The notes below the pieces were generated by a model. That model did not search any database. It was not told the DNA's origin and was given only the letters and a program-made list of their open reading frames with translations. A stretch of DNA of 64,000 nucleotides, taken from Podarcis vaucheri. Its lineage: Eukaryota. The translations under genes and the position numbers were made by a program. This document shows, piece after piece, positions 1-11,935 of this stretch. Each line of letters begins with the position of its first letter. Positions within the stretch are counted from its first letter, which is position 1. The DNA is taken from assembly GCA_965113315.1 (NCBI GenBank), contig OZ220376.1. One strand, written 5' to 3'.

Positions 1-354
1 TTTACATTACTTCCACCCATGTCCGGATATATCTGACAACTGAGGTTGATACTCTATGCATCTGACCAAGTGGGCTCTATCTAGTCCCTGAAGCTTACGC
101 CATAACGTTGCGCTTTTAAAATTCCACAGGACTCTTGGTTTTGCTGCCACATGCTTAATTAACCCTCTGTAAATCAGCCCCAAGAAAACGTGGCACATGA
201 ACATTAAGACAACATGCCATTCACATGTTTCACTTTTGCGATCGCTCAGGTTTATTTGAAATGGCTGACAATCTATTTTACAGCAATCATGTTTGTTTAC
301 TTCCTAGTGTATCTTTAACCAAGCTAATGGGATGGCTATGAAGGCAAAGTGCAG

Positions 355-1000
355 CCAGTGTACAGCACCTTGGTTGTGAGATTGCACTGGCTGCCAATCT
401 GCTACCAGGCGAAGTTCAAGGTGTTGGTGCTAACATATGAGGAGGACCAGGTTACTGTACCTGAGAACTCCTTTATCCCTTATGTATCCCACTGTTCTGC
501 AGGAGAGTTTATCCAAGTCCAAAGATCTTAGAAGCCCACTCCACAGTAACTTGGAGAAGTGGTGGACTTCGGGCTTTCGAATTTCAGCAGTGCCCTGTGC
601 AAAACCAAAATTCAGTTCCCCACCTCACCTTCTGTTCTAAGTCCTTGTTGTAGCTCCCCCTGTGGCACCCTGTGGGTGAACTGGCCACGCTCCCCTAAAT
701 CTCCCTTTGCTTAGTGCAGGGCTTTCATCGTGGCTGCCCCCATTCTGTTAAATAGCATTCCTGTCGAGATACAGGAGGAGCCCACTGTCAGCACTTTCTG
801 GAAACAACAGAAGAACATTTTTGATCTTCCCAGCTGGATCAATGGATTTCTGCCATGGGTGTCTTATTTTGGGTGGGGTTTTTTTTTTCTTTTCAAATAT
901 ATCTGCTGTTTTCTGTGTTGCTTTTAACTGGGATTTTTAAGTTCTTTTATTGTACATCACCTTGAGATTTGTATGGGGAAGGCAATCAATAAACTAATAA
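355..1000 (+). mobile_element. Degraded L2 LINE 3' end
   Basis: LHWLPICYQAKFKVLVLTY and AAPILLNSIP resemble the L2 ORF2 C-terminus; A-rich tail near 990. Confidence 0.6.
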
Positions 1001-2169
1001 AATAACTATCACCCTCTTGGCATTATAAATCAGCAGGCTGTAAATGACTGGACTGGAGTGTGTAACCTTCAGCAATCTGCAATAGTAAGGAATGGGTCTC
1101 TTGAAATGAACTAGATATGGGGGTGCCCTCAAATGTGTACCTCTTTTTTACTCTAACATGTTTCAAAGGAATGGTACTCCATATTGTCCTAATTCCTCTC
1201 TTCTATAATCTGTTGCATCTCAGATTACAGAAATGTACTGTGCACAGAATCTGTTTTGTTTAATCATCCAATCCTGTGAGTTCCACAAGAATAGCAAAAC
1301 TCACCCATGTCAAATACATCTGTGCTAAAAGCAAAGACTGGTTTGCTTTCACCCCCTGCACACGCCATCAGACTTCATTGAAAGACAGCTTCCCTAAAGG
1401 CTAAACTGTTATACCTATAAGAGGGCATGCAAGTGGACATTAATTGAATTTTCAGTGCAACTTTTTTAATGGAAGAATGGCTCTGAAGAAATTATAGTCG
1501 GCATGTTTTAGCAGCCATACCCTTAGGTGCTCTTTATCTTGGATTGCAATCCTAATCGAGCTTCTGGAGAGTAAATCCCATTAAACTCTGGGATTTTCTT
1601 CTGAGTAAGTATTCTTAGGGTTGCATGGTTAAAGTCATTTTGTGAACAATCTTGCTTTCAATTAATTTTTTGTGATGTCTGCTTATGTTTTAAAATTTAA
1701 AAATCTGCATCTGGATTTCTGCTCTTTGTAAAAGTGGGCAATTTTAAGGCACATGGCTCCCTGTAAATAATTCTGGGAACTTTAGTTCTCTAAGGGTGCT
1801 GAGAATTGCAGCTGTGAGGGATAAGCAGCAATTTCCAAGATTCCTTGTGGTGGTAGCAATGACTTGTAGTATAAATGTGCTTGAAATGTATGGTGTGTAT
1901 GTGACCAGTGTATTTTTTAATTTCCTTCAATGTAGATTTAACCACAACTTTAACAAAACTGAAATTTAAAAATAATTCTAGAAGCATTACATAAAATGGC
2001 TATGAAAACCACCTTGTAGTGTGTACTGATAAGCTACAGTACTTTGGGGGGGGAAAGTTATGTGAAAGTTTTGCCGTGGAGATGCATATGCAAAGAACTC
2101 ACATAAAAGGTTCCCATGCAAAGCAGTCTGGACTGACATTAGAACACAGAGTATTTTCGAAAGAACAAA

Positions 2170-2350
2170 GGAAGCTGCCTTGTACCAAGTCAGACAATTG
2201 GTTCACCTGGTATTGTCTACACTGACTGGCAGCAGTTCTCCAGGGTATTTAGAAAGGGAGCCTTTCCCCAGCCTTATGTGGAGATTCTGGGGATTGGATC
2301 TGGCACCTTTTGCATGCAAAGCAGATGCTCTGCCACTGAGCTATGCCCTT
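2170..2350 (-). mobile_element. tRNA-derived SINE (related copies at about 23190-23260, 27210-27390, 32105-32230)
   Basis: Minus-strand tRNA-like head (gggcatagctcagtggcagagcatctgctttgcatg) and a body shared between the copies. Confidence 0.6.
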
Positions 2351-3023
2351 TTCATTGTGCAGAAAGTCCAGGCACAACAGTGCGGATGAGTTGGTGCTGC
2401 AGCTGCAGCTGATGATACCTTTTGCACTGAGTACACAGGATTAGGCTGTCAGACATGATTTCTTCCAGCCCCAAATAAACGGTTGCATCTCTCTGCCAGC
2501 TTTCCTGCCTGTTTACATTATTTTATTAAAATAGTACCTCAAATGTTTTCCTTGGATAATCTTGCCTGAAGAAGTGTTTTGCAAACGGTGAAGAGTTCGG
2601 TTTTTAAAACAAATTTAGGCTGCCACCTTCTATGTACATGGCACGTGCTTCCACATAACCATGTATAGAATTACCGGGGATGGGGAAACAGTGGCTCGCC
2701 AGCTGTGGACTCCCCAGCCAGAAGAGCCAATGGTCAAAGACGATGGGATCTGTCGTCCAACAACAGCTGTAGTGGTATAGGTTTCATATCCTTGGATTAT
2801 ACTATAAGCCAAAATTCTGCCCTCCTGTTGCAAGTCTGGGAATAGCCCCCCAAATCTTGTTGGTCACCAACTCCCATCAAGCCGCAGGCAGTGGGATCAT
2901 TATGGGAGCGAAATTCCAACAACAGCTTTTCTAACACTAATCCACAGAGACGTTGTGCCCTAATTTAAAATGATGGACCCTTGGTTTGATTTATTGTTTA
3001 TTTAAAGGTTCAGAACATTAATA

Positions 3024-3265
3024 CGGTGGTACCTCAGGTTACATATGCTTCAGGTTACATACACTTCAGGTTACAGACTCCACTAACCCAGAAATAGTAC
3101 CTCGAGTTAAGAACTTTGCTTCAGGATGACAACAGAAATCGTGCTCCGGCGGTGCAGCAGCAGCAGGAGGCCCCATTAGCTAAAGTGGTGCTTCAGGTTA
3201 AGAGCAGTTTCAGGTTAAGAACGGACCTCCGGAACAAATTAAGTACTTGACCTGAGGTACCACTG
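3024..3265. mobile_element. Tc1/mariner-pogo-type MITE (CAGTGGTACCTC family)
   Basis: TA-flanked TIRs C(G/A)GTGGTACCTCAGGT...ACCTGAGGTACCACTG; same family as the copies at 28004, 30592 and 36267. Confidence 0.85.
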
Positions 3266-4972
3266 TATGCTCTTATGCACTCTTTTTAAAATAATTTGTT
3301 GCTTCAGCTTTCTTAATTGTATAATGCGAACTGCCAGGTTTTAGTTTCACATTGCCAGGCTATCAAAGATAAGCTATTGTAGAGTTTCCTATCGTGAACT
3401 TTGTCCTTACTAATGGAAGAACTCTTATCTCAGCTGATAGCAGGGAACTGGCCTATGGTGTTTGTTTTGCTTTAGATCTTATTTTTGCATGAACCATTAA
3501 AAAATAACTCTTTAAGATGAGACACGCACCCCTCTATATTTTCTGACTTTAGCCGCACCCATTATTAGCAGTGGGAAGAAATTGTGGAAGGTTTGGCAAA
3601 AACAGCACTGTGTTTCCACTTGTGTATTTACACACCTGTCCCTAGGTATTAGATAGCATTATGATGTGTTCTAGTTTCTCCATGTGCACAGAACATCTGT
3701 CTCTAAAGCAAGCATGCAACTGCTGTTTTTCTCACTAGAATTAATAAACTCTTTCTGTAATCTGATCAATATATCTAACTGATTAGATTAAAGCAGGCAT
3801 TTATTAATGCTTGCTTCACGATTCAATAACATAAACTCCAAACTCAATATGGTTTATTACAAATACACATCTCAAGTGCCTGTTGCCAATTTGTGATTAG
3901 GGCTAATATTTATTCTCTCTTTATTACTGAATGTGATCAGGGGGTGGAAGTGGGTTGGTCCCGATTCCTCACTTTCTTGCCTTAGCACACTAAATGAATG
4001 CTATTTTATGGAAATGTTACTTGAGGCAATAAATTACGAGTGAGATATTCCAGGGCTACTGCAGTGGGTTTTGGTTTCCTTTAGATGAGAGTGCACAGTG
4101 GACATTTAAAGCATTTTGGTAATATTTGTTTCATTTACCAGTATGTCTCTTTCTGAGCTCCCACTTGCTATAACTACTTTTTGTTGGATTCCATGTGGTG
4201 TTTGGTGGCCATGGTGCTTAATCCAGGGAGACCAACAGCATGTGATGGTACAGCCATTGACAGGCAGAGCTACCCCATAACTGGTTGTTAAGAAGAAGAG
4301 GCAGGTGGGGGCTGGCTAAAGGGCAGACTGAGGTTGGTGGCGCAGCGTCCTGCTTGCACCAGCCACCACTGTCGGATATAAATTCTGAACTGAAAACTTA
4401 TCCTGGTCCCCATACCGATGTCTGCAAAAGGAAAGCACGTTAAACCGTGAACATGAAATCTTCCCTTTTGCAGAGGTGGCAGGGCATGCGAGTTCAGGGC
4501 TGGGGCTAACTCCTGTGCATCTGCTGCTCAGATGGATGGACCTAACTTCTGAATAATCATTGTCTTTTAAAAAATAGTCTTTATTAAGTATTTTCTTGTG
4601 GTACAAAAAAATAATAATCTAATAAACAAGGAAAAGTACCTATAGTGTCTCCATATTCAATTCACAGTCTTTTTTACAATTCATTTGCTTTTGGTGTCCT
4701 AAACACCATGTGGTTGGGAAAAAGAAAGGAGAGAGTGGGGGGAAGAGAGTGGGAATAATTATCTTACATTTTACTGAATAGTCTTTTTGATATTCTTACT
4801 GGCACAAAACGCTTGCTTAACCTGGAGGTAGGCTGTCTGAATTGTGCATTGCGTTGTAACAATTTGTTGGGTCTCTGGACTGTAATAAAGATTGATTCTT
4901 ACTGGTTGGACTAAATGACTTAAGCATGTCCTACTTTCTAGGTCTTCTGCTCTTTGGAGTACATCCTGTGGC

Positions 4973-5329
4973 ATGTCTGTGATAAAGCCAATCCCCACCC
5001 TTGAGGGGCTACCATCTCTTGTTGATGCTTCAAACTTCCCTTCAGGAACAAGGAACGAGGCCATTATAATCGGGGAACAAAGCAACTGGGTGTACTACAA
5101 TAAGCCTCTTACATTGATTGCCATTGGACTCCTTGTATTTCTTAGTGGGATTGGCCTTTCTGCCTTGCACTTGGTCCACACTGTAGATGTGCCATCTGCC
5201 CTGGGGCCTGTTTGTCTTTCCATTGGACTCATGTTCTTCGTTACAGGAATGGTGTGGCTACCCATTATTAAGCACGCCCTGAGACATGATGGACTTTTAA
5301 GAGGAAGCCCTACAGACTTCAGCGCTTGA
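4973..5329 (+). CDS. PIRT-like (TMEM100/PIRT family) two-TM protein, 118 aa, single coding exon
   Basis: SNWVYYNKPLTLIAIG and GPVCLSIGLMFFVTGMVWLPIIK align with human PIRT SNWEIYRKPIVIMSVG and [23 protein letters not shown] (recalled). Two hydrophobic helices. Acceptor ctactttctAG at 4940-4941 just upstream of the ATG; AATAAA near 5425. Confidence 0.85.
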   Translation: MSVIKPIPTLEGLPSLVDASNFPSGTRNEAIIIGEQSNWVYYNKPLTLIAIGLLVFLSGIGLSALHLVHTVDVPSALGPVCLSIGLMFFVTGMVWLPIIKHALRHDGLLRGSPTDFSA

Positions 5330-6155
5330 GATCCATACTTTTTAAAGTGCTATTTTTTATTATTTTTAGCTTTTTAAATTGCTTTATTGAACTTTTAAAA
5401 ATAACACAAAATCATAGTTATCCATAATAAAAAAAATAAACAACAAAAAAACTATCAATATCTGTTACACTTTATCACAGTCTTCTTTTGGTTCCAGTGA
5501 CATCCCGCCAATTCCATATAACTTTAACTATGGAATTATCCAGCACACTATTCATCTCTGTTTATAATAATTATTTTTCAAAGATAATGTACTTTCTTTA
5601 ACTTATTCAGTGAATTACAGAAGCTATTCAAAGGCTGCCATAGACTTCATATTATTACAATCCTAAATGTAATTTTTAAATAAACCCCATTTATTAAAAA
5701 ATACTTAAGGTGATATCCTGCTTGCAAATATAGCTTTCCCACTATCTTTGGTTTAACAGACATTTGTGCTAAAGGATTTTGCTTTTTCCTATAAATATTG
5801 TGGTCTTCTCCTTTGCGTAAAGGAAACATGCTCACCACTTTCTGTTGTTCCCAAATAAAAGTAGTGCAGCTGTGCATAGAATTTTTCTAATGGGCCAACA
5901 TGACTACCTTAATTTTTTGCCTCTTGAGAAATTTTGCACCTCTAGCAGATATAAACCACCAGAGCTTTTTACAGAAGGAAGAACGGTCCTCCTCTAAGGA
6001 GGAACCAAACAATGCTTCTGCCAAAAGGCCTGGGGAGAGCTTTTTATATTTCTCCTCCTAAAGTGGATTAGGGGTCCACTTACTTTTATGAACATTTTTA
6101 TTGGCAGTGGTGATAGGGAAAACTAGTAGAGAAGGAAGAGGTCTCATGCCACGTA

Positions 6156-6256
6156 CTGTATTTACTCGAATCTAACGCTCACCTTTTTTTGGCCAAATTA
6201 CATTGCGAAAATTAAGGTGTGCATTTGATTTGATGGTGCTTTAGACTCAAAGACGG
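6156..6256. mobile_element. Short Tc2-type MITE
   Basis: TA-flanked imperfect TIRs CTGTATTTACTCGAATCTAA / TTAGACTCAAAGACGG. Confidence 0.5.
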
Positions 6257-7306
6257 TAAAAAAATTTCCTCTGGCAGATTTCCTGTGCCTTTTAAAGATG
6301 AAGTTCAAGCGACTAAGCTTTTGCTTGTACAAATTAGCACCCCCACTGTGTTTCAAGTCATGTTTGATGTTGCTGTACACACCATTACCTGTTGTACACA
6401 CATTACCCCGGCACTGCCACCCCAACTCCTATTCAACAAAGCCATCATCTGCTCATGTGCTGTCATCTTTGTGAGTGGAACAGATGTCTGAAATATACAC
6501 ATCATAGCTTAACCATAGCTTATGTTTTCAAATTGGATGGAAGCTGGTCTGAGGGAAAATGCACCAAGTAGAAGTATTTCTTACGAAACTACAAGATACA
6601 TCTGGATTGTGGAAAATATCATGTGTACTCAGCTCTAAAAGGTGAGAGCACACTGGAGCTGAAGCAAACAGTAATGTATACAGAGTCTCAGTTTCCACAT
6701 TTGTTCCCTTAACTACTGCAATAAATCTATTTTTAAAGAGCCACTAGATTCTTTGTTATTTTTGTTGGGTTAACACAGCTGACCTGCACAAAATATGCTT
6801 CCCCCCCACCCCTGCAACAGCCGATGGAAAAAAGTGCTCTTACCCTGAGGTGTTTTCCTCATGGAACACTAATTCTGATTTTGAAATGGATTTGAACAAA
6901 CTAAACTTCGTTAGGTTGCTTTGAAATACACTTGGCATGGTACAGACCACATAAACAGCTTTCCAAGGAATGAAATGTTTTAAGAACAGTAACCAGGAAT
7001 TCAACAGAATAGCTGCATCTTTATACAAAAATTGAGAGGCTTCACTATGGCTTACTCTTGAACACAGTGATTCTTACTTCTGAGTAAATACGCATAGATG
7101 TTAATACTGCAAGTCCTTCCCTGGTAAGATAAGGATTATCTCACTTCTTTTTCCAAAGCACGAGGTTATTTACGCACAACCCGGTGTAAAGCACTAGCCC
7201 TAAAATAAATTGCAAGAGTCATTCGCAATGATGATGTCCAAAACTGGCCAGAATGCAACTCACAGAATCATAGAGATGGGAGGGTCACCTAGTCCAACCC
7301 CCATGT

Positions 7307-7911
7307 CAGTGCCAGATTTACGTACAGTATAAGCTAAACATATAAGCTATAGCTTATGGCCCCACTCTCTTGGGGGTCCAAAAAAGAATTAAAGGGGGAA
7401 AAAACCTGGATGTACATTTCCAAAATATAAGAAATATATTTCCTGGATGTACATTTCCAAAATATAAGATAAAAAACTAATAAAATAAAACCTAATAAAC
7501 TAATAAGATATAATAAAAATATATAATAAAATATAATAATAAAACCTAAAAAACTAATAAAATAAGATACAATAAAATATAATAATAAAACCTAATAAAC
7601 TAATAAAAAACTAATAAAATAAAATAAAACAGTGTTTTGTGTTGTATAGGCTCCTATGATGTAAGTAAGGGCCCCTGCCTGCTAGCTTGCTCCCTAAAAT
7701 ATCGCTGGTTTGATCATTTCTATATAAAGGGTGCCTACATTCTGCCTGTGCAAATGACTTTAGATACCTATTAGGTCCATAAATTACCATATAGTATATA
7801 TTCAACACAAAAAACAGCGACAATTTGTTGTTGACAAAGGACAGCTGGACATATAAAGGGCCCCATTACCTTCAGTATTTTAGGGTCTCATCAAACCTAA
7901 ATCCGGCCCTG
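7307..7911. mobile_element. hAT-type non-autonomous transposon with internal duplications
   Basis: TIRs CAGTGCCAGATTTA / TAAATCCGGCCCTG; 8-bp TSD CCCCATGT / CCCCGTGT; internal 28-bp duplication and AT-rich tandem repeats. Confidence 0.75.
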
Positions 7912-7999
7912 CCCCGTGTCATGCTCAGTCCCACAGCCCTTGAGACCACGAGTCTCATACTCCACCGACTCCACTATCCCTGGGGTGCGTTTTGCACAA

Positions 8000-9080
8000 A
8001 CACACACGCGTGTGCTGCTCTCTCCCCTTTGGGTTGGGAAGGAAAAGCGATGGGGAACCGCCTGAGGCGTCTGGGAAGGAGAGTCCACGAGGGGACACCT
8101 GTCGGGGTGGCGGCGGTGGGAGGGACGCGCGCGCCGCCTCAAGGTGCGCGCGCCCCGCCCCGCCAGGTGCGAGGAGGAGGAGGGCGTGTCCTTCCCGGTC
8201 CCTCAGGTAAAGGCGGGATTCTCTCCTGCTGCTCGCCCAGCATGGCTGTGGCGCTGGGGAAGGCGCCGCCGCCTCAGGCGGGGAGCTTGTCCCCCTCAGG
8301 GGCGGCAGGTGTGGCCTCAGGTGCGCAGGGCGGGCCGGCGCCGCTCCAGGTGCTCCAAGTGCCCGGCGCCGTCCCCTCGGACGGGCTGCTCTCGCCTTGG
8401 TCCAGCGCAGTCTCCTTGTCAAGCGCCTTCGGCTCCCCTCCGGAGTCGGCCACCTCTCTGCCCGCCGCCTCGGCGCCCATGGCCTCGCTGGGCGGGGGGC
8501 TGGGCCGGTGCGCGGGCGCCTTCTGGATGGCGCTGCTCTTCGACGCGGTGGGCCTGGCCATCCTGCTGGTGGGCGTCTTCGTCGACGTCTTCTTCGCCGA
8601 CCTGCTCATCTACGGCGGCGGCGTGGGCATCTTCTTCAGCCTCCTCTGGTGGGTCTTCTGGTACGTGGGCAACCTGGAGGTGCCCGCCGCCGAGCTGCAG
8701 GACGACGTGGGGCTCCGGCGCCACTCGACCAAGAAGAAGAAGGCGGCGCCCGTGGGGGCGACCGCAGGCCACGGCCTGGCCCGGCTCGTCAGGAACCTCA
8801 GCGTGCGCTTCTCGGGGCCCTTCGCCGCCTTCTCCCGGTCCACCGAGTGCCAGCCGGGCTCCGTCAGGAGGGCTCACTTCGCCAGCGCCCCGTCGGTGTC
8901 GGTGGCCACGACGGTATCCAGCTCGGTGGAGCTGCAGGCGGCCTGAGGAGGAGGAGGAGGAGGAAGCAGGCGAGGCGAGGACGGACGGCGAGGCCGGGAG
9001 CCAGGCCGGGTCGGCGAGGTGGGTGCCGGGGGGTGAATGGACGCGCCGCCCGACGGGCCCGCAGGATCCCACTCGCTCAT
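8000..9080. promoter_or_regulatory. CpG island / promoter of the TMEM238-like gene
   Basis: Very GC- and CpG-rich against an AT-rich background; GC boxes (ccccgccccgcc near 8153). Confidence 0.8.
8479..8946 (+). CDS. TMEM238-family two-TM protein (155 aa core; in-frame upstream ATGs at 8242 and 8050 could extend the N-terminus)
   Basis: [70 protein letters not shown] matches the TMEM238/TMEM238L signature (GLGRC..DLLIYSG..WYTGNIE..LARLARKLS, recalled). High GC3; lies in a CpG island. Confidence 0.88.
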   Translation: MASLGGGLGRCAGAFWMALLFDAVGLAILLVGVFVDVFFADLLIYGGGVGIFFSLLWWVFWYVGNLEVPAAELQDDVGLRRHSTKKKKAAPVGATAGHGLARLVRNLSVRFSGPFAAFSRSTECQPGSVRRAHFASAPSVSVATTVSSSVELQAA

Positions 9081-11935
9081 GGCAGCTGCATGGTCATTAT
9101 CATCATCATTAGGATAAGTGTGTCTTGCCTCTCCTCCTCCAACTGCCTGCCTTTATTCATTCCTATATTGTGTTTCCAGCCCCAAGGAGATCAAAAGTGG
9201 GGTGGGTGAGGGCAGCTATAGCTCCCCGCCCCCCACAACCAGGTAAATAACTCAAAAAAAAATAATACGTGGAACTTGTAGATTTTTTTTCCACCAAGCA
9301 CTTGGGGTCAAAAGAAAGTAATTTAAAACCACTGTTGTTGAGACATTTCCGAAACTTCTAGATAGACAGAGGATGATGGCAGGTGGGTGTCCTCCCCGCC
9401 CCAAACATGAATCCTAGCTATGCCCATATGTATGGTACCCCCGCAGGGTGTCAGGGGTGGGTTTGATACTGTGATTGTGTGCCACTTTGTGAAGAGGTTT
9501 TTTCCTCCTGAAAAGTGAGTTGCAATATTTTACTAACTTTTACTCAGAGTAGATCCACTGAAATTAATAGAGCCAAGTTAGTCATGACCATTAATTTCAG
9601 TGGGTCTTCTAAGAGGAGGAATAACATTGAATACAACCCAGAGTACATCATTGTCCTGTAAAGTAGGTTAGGCTGAGCACTGCTGCTGTTAGGTAACCTG
9701 TTAAGGCAAACCATGGCTTTGCTCTTCCGCAGTCTCTCTGGCTGATACTTGGCTTAGCATGTTGTCTGAACAAGGGCTCATGGTTAAGCATTCGTCTAGG
9801 AGCTGTAACGAACAATAAACCTTGGTTACATGTCACTTGTTTCAAAACAAGGTGGTGACTGGGCCAAGGGTGCTCTGTGAAAGCTTAATGGCTGAGTGGA
9901 GGATTTGAACTGGCGTCTCCCTAGTCCTAGTTTTGCACACTATAACTGTTATACCACACTGGCTCTCAGATTTCAAACAAGGGAAAAATCTGCTTTAGTG
10001 CTGCTAACACGGTGGCTTGACTTCGCCCCCAGAGGCGCACTCCATTCTCTCTCGAGACAGACGGATGCCAACAAGTATAACTTAGGTCAGTACTTTGTAC
10101 CTGACACTGCCTCCTCCCATTGATCGTTTGATGACTGTACTTGGTGGAGTCCTTTAGCAAGCTTAATGAATTGCTTATCTTAAAGATAAGTAATAATTCA
10201 TAGTTCATTATGAATGTGTATACATTGTTTCCTACAAACCTTAAATATTTAAGTAAAGTTGTAGGGTTTTTCCTCTTTTCTGATCCAAATTGTTTTATTG
10301 AAAAGGAAAACAAATGATTTTGGCGCTTCCCAATGCTCCTTATCTGGGAACAATAGCAAATTTTATCATGTGTTAAATCTTTACAGACTTGTATTTATGT
10401 GAGACAGTTGTTCAAGTGGGAGATACTATATGGATGATCAGTACACTATCAGTATGCTAGTAACTTCTAACTCAAGCAGCAGTAATGGCTCTAAATTTAT
10501 GTTGGAGCTTGCTTGGGGCTAAATAACAATTAGCAAACTGAATCTAGATTTTATTTATTTATTTTGATCAGATGGAAATGTTAATGCTACATAGGGATGG
10601 GGGGGCACATAGTCAAGGAGATCTACCTCTTCTGGAGTGGAATTGAGTTATGGAAGGATTAAACTTTCTGTTGGGAGTACTCCTTGAACTGAACTTGCTC
10701 TGGATACTCTGGTCATGGCAAAGAGTGCTTTTTCTAGGCTTGTCTGGAGCACAGGGACTGCGCCACTCGATTCCTTGGCAACCCCTTGGATCAGTTATTG
10801 CAGCATGCTATTTACAAAGCTACTGTTGAAAATAACTTAGGAAACTGCTAATGGTGTCAGAAGAATGCACCTGATTGGCTTTTAGTGGGTGTAGGACCTA
10901 ATATTACACCAGTACTCATCAGACTGGTTGGCTATAAGCTTCTGGGTACTAGCTGGTTACATTTCTAAATCAGGGATGGGGAAGATGTTGGACCCTCCTC
11001 CTTCACACACAGTCAGCATGGCCAGGGGTTGGAAATGACGAGAGCTGGAGTCCAAGAGCATCTGGAGGTGCCATAGGTTCTCCATTTCCTGTGTTTTGAG
11101 CAAAACGGTCCTGTTCCAGACCCCTCACGTTTGTGAGGTTAAATATGGGGTAGCATGATGCAGAGAGTTTCCACACCTATGGTGCCTTCATACCTATTTT
11201 TAAGAGGGCAGTCTAGTTCAAAATACATTTGATTTCTGCAGGGGTTTTTTGTTTTTAAGTTTGCTTCTTGGTTTTCTTTTTAGAATTGCATCATGGAGAT
11301 CAGAAGCAGCTTTAGTCAGCATTGACAATGGTCTAATGCAGTACATCAGGGTATAAGGGAATTCACACAAGAGAGGGAAGGAGTGGGTGATTGCATAATT
11401 TCCCACTTCTACAACCAGAGTTAATTACATCTGTACCACTCTAAATACGCAAGTACAATACAAACTGACTTTCATCTTATAATTTGATTTTCTTATACTA
11501 ATGAGCTGAAACTATTGACCTAATGAGTTCTGTGAAAAGTAGTCCTCTAAGAATAGTAGCTTTTTAATCAAAGAACAGTTCTCACTGTTAGATAAGCTCT
11601 AGTCTAAAAGAAAGTGATCACGTTGAATGGGATTGGATACACACACTGAAAGATTTGAGATATGGAAGAGTTGGCTTACTGATGTTCTAAGAATAGCATC
11701 ACTATTAGTATTATAAGAAATACTTAAGTTACATGGAATGGTAAAAATGTACAATACATTGATCTGAGTCTGACAGTGTAATCAGACTTACCGGTAATTA
11801 AGATGCTTTGAAGACTCTTCAGGTCATATTTTCTTGATTCCATAATCGTTTTTCTTGGTAGGAAATATTTCCCCATATTTTCAAAAAGGCTGATACCTAA
11901 AATATTTTATTTACATTGTTTGTTTTTCCTTTCAG

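Noticed and set aside
58-150. Penelope-like terminal sequence resembling a hammerhead ribozyme
   Set aside because: The catalytic core is broken (CTGACCA instead of CTGANGA, and no GAAA); at most an inactive remnant.
4771-5085. 104-aa ORF antisense to the PIRT-like gene
   Set aside because: No homology or splice support; a shadow ORF.
7825-9209. Long overlapping ORFs (373, 322, 270 and 217 aa) in several frames
   Set aside because: By-products of stop-codon scarcity in a CpG island. Only the TMEM238 frame has family homology, and the 7825 start is a TTG inside a transposon.
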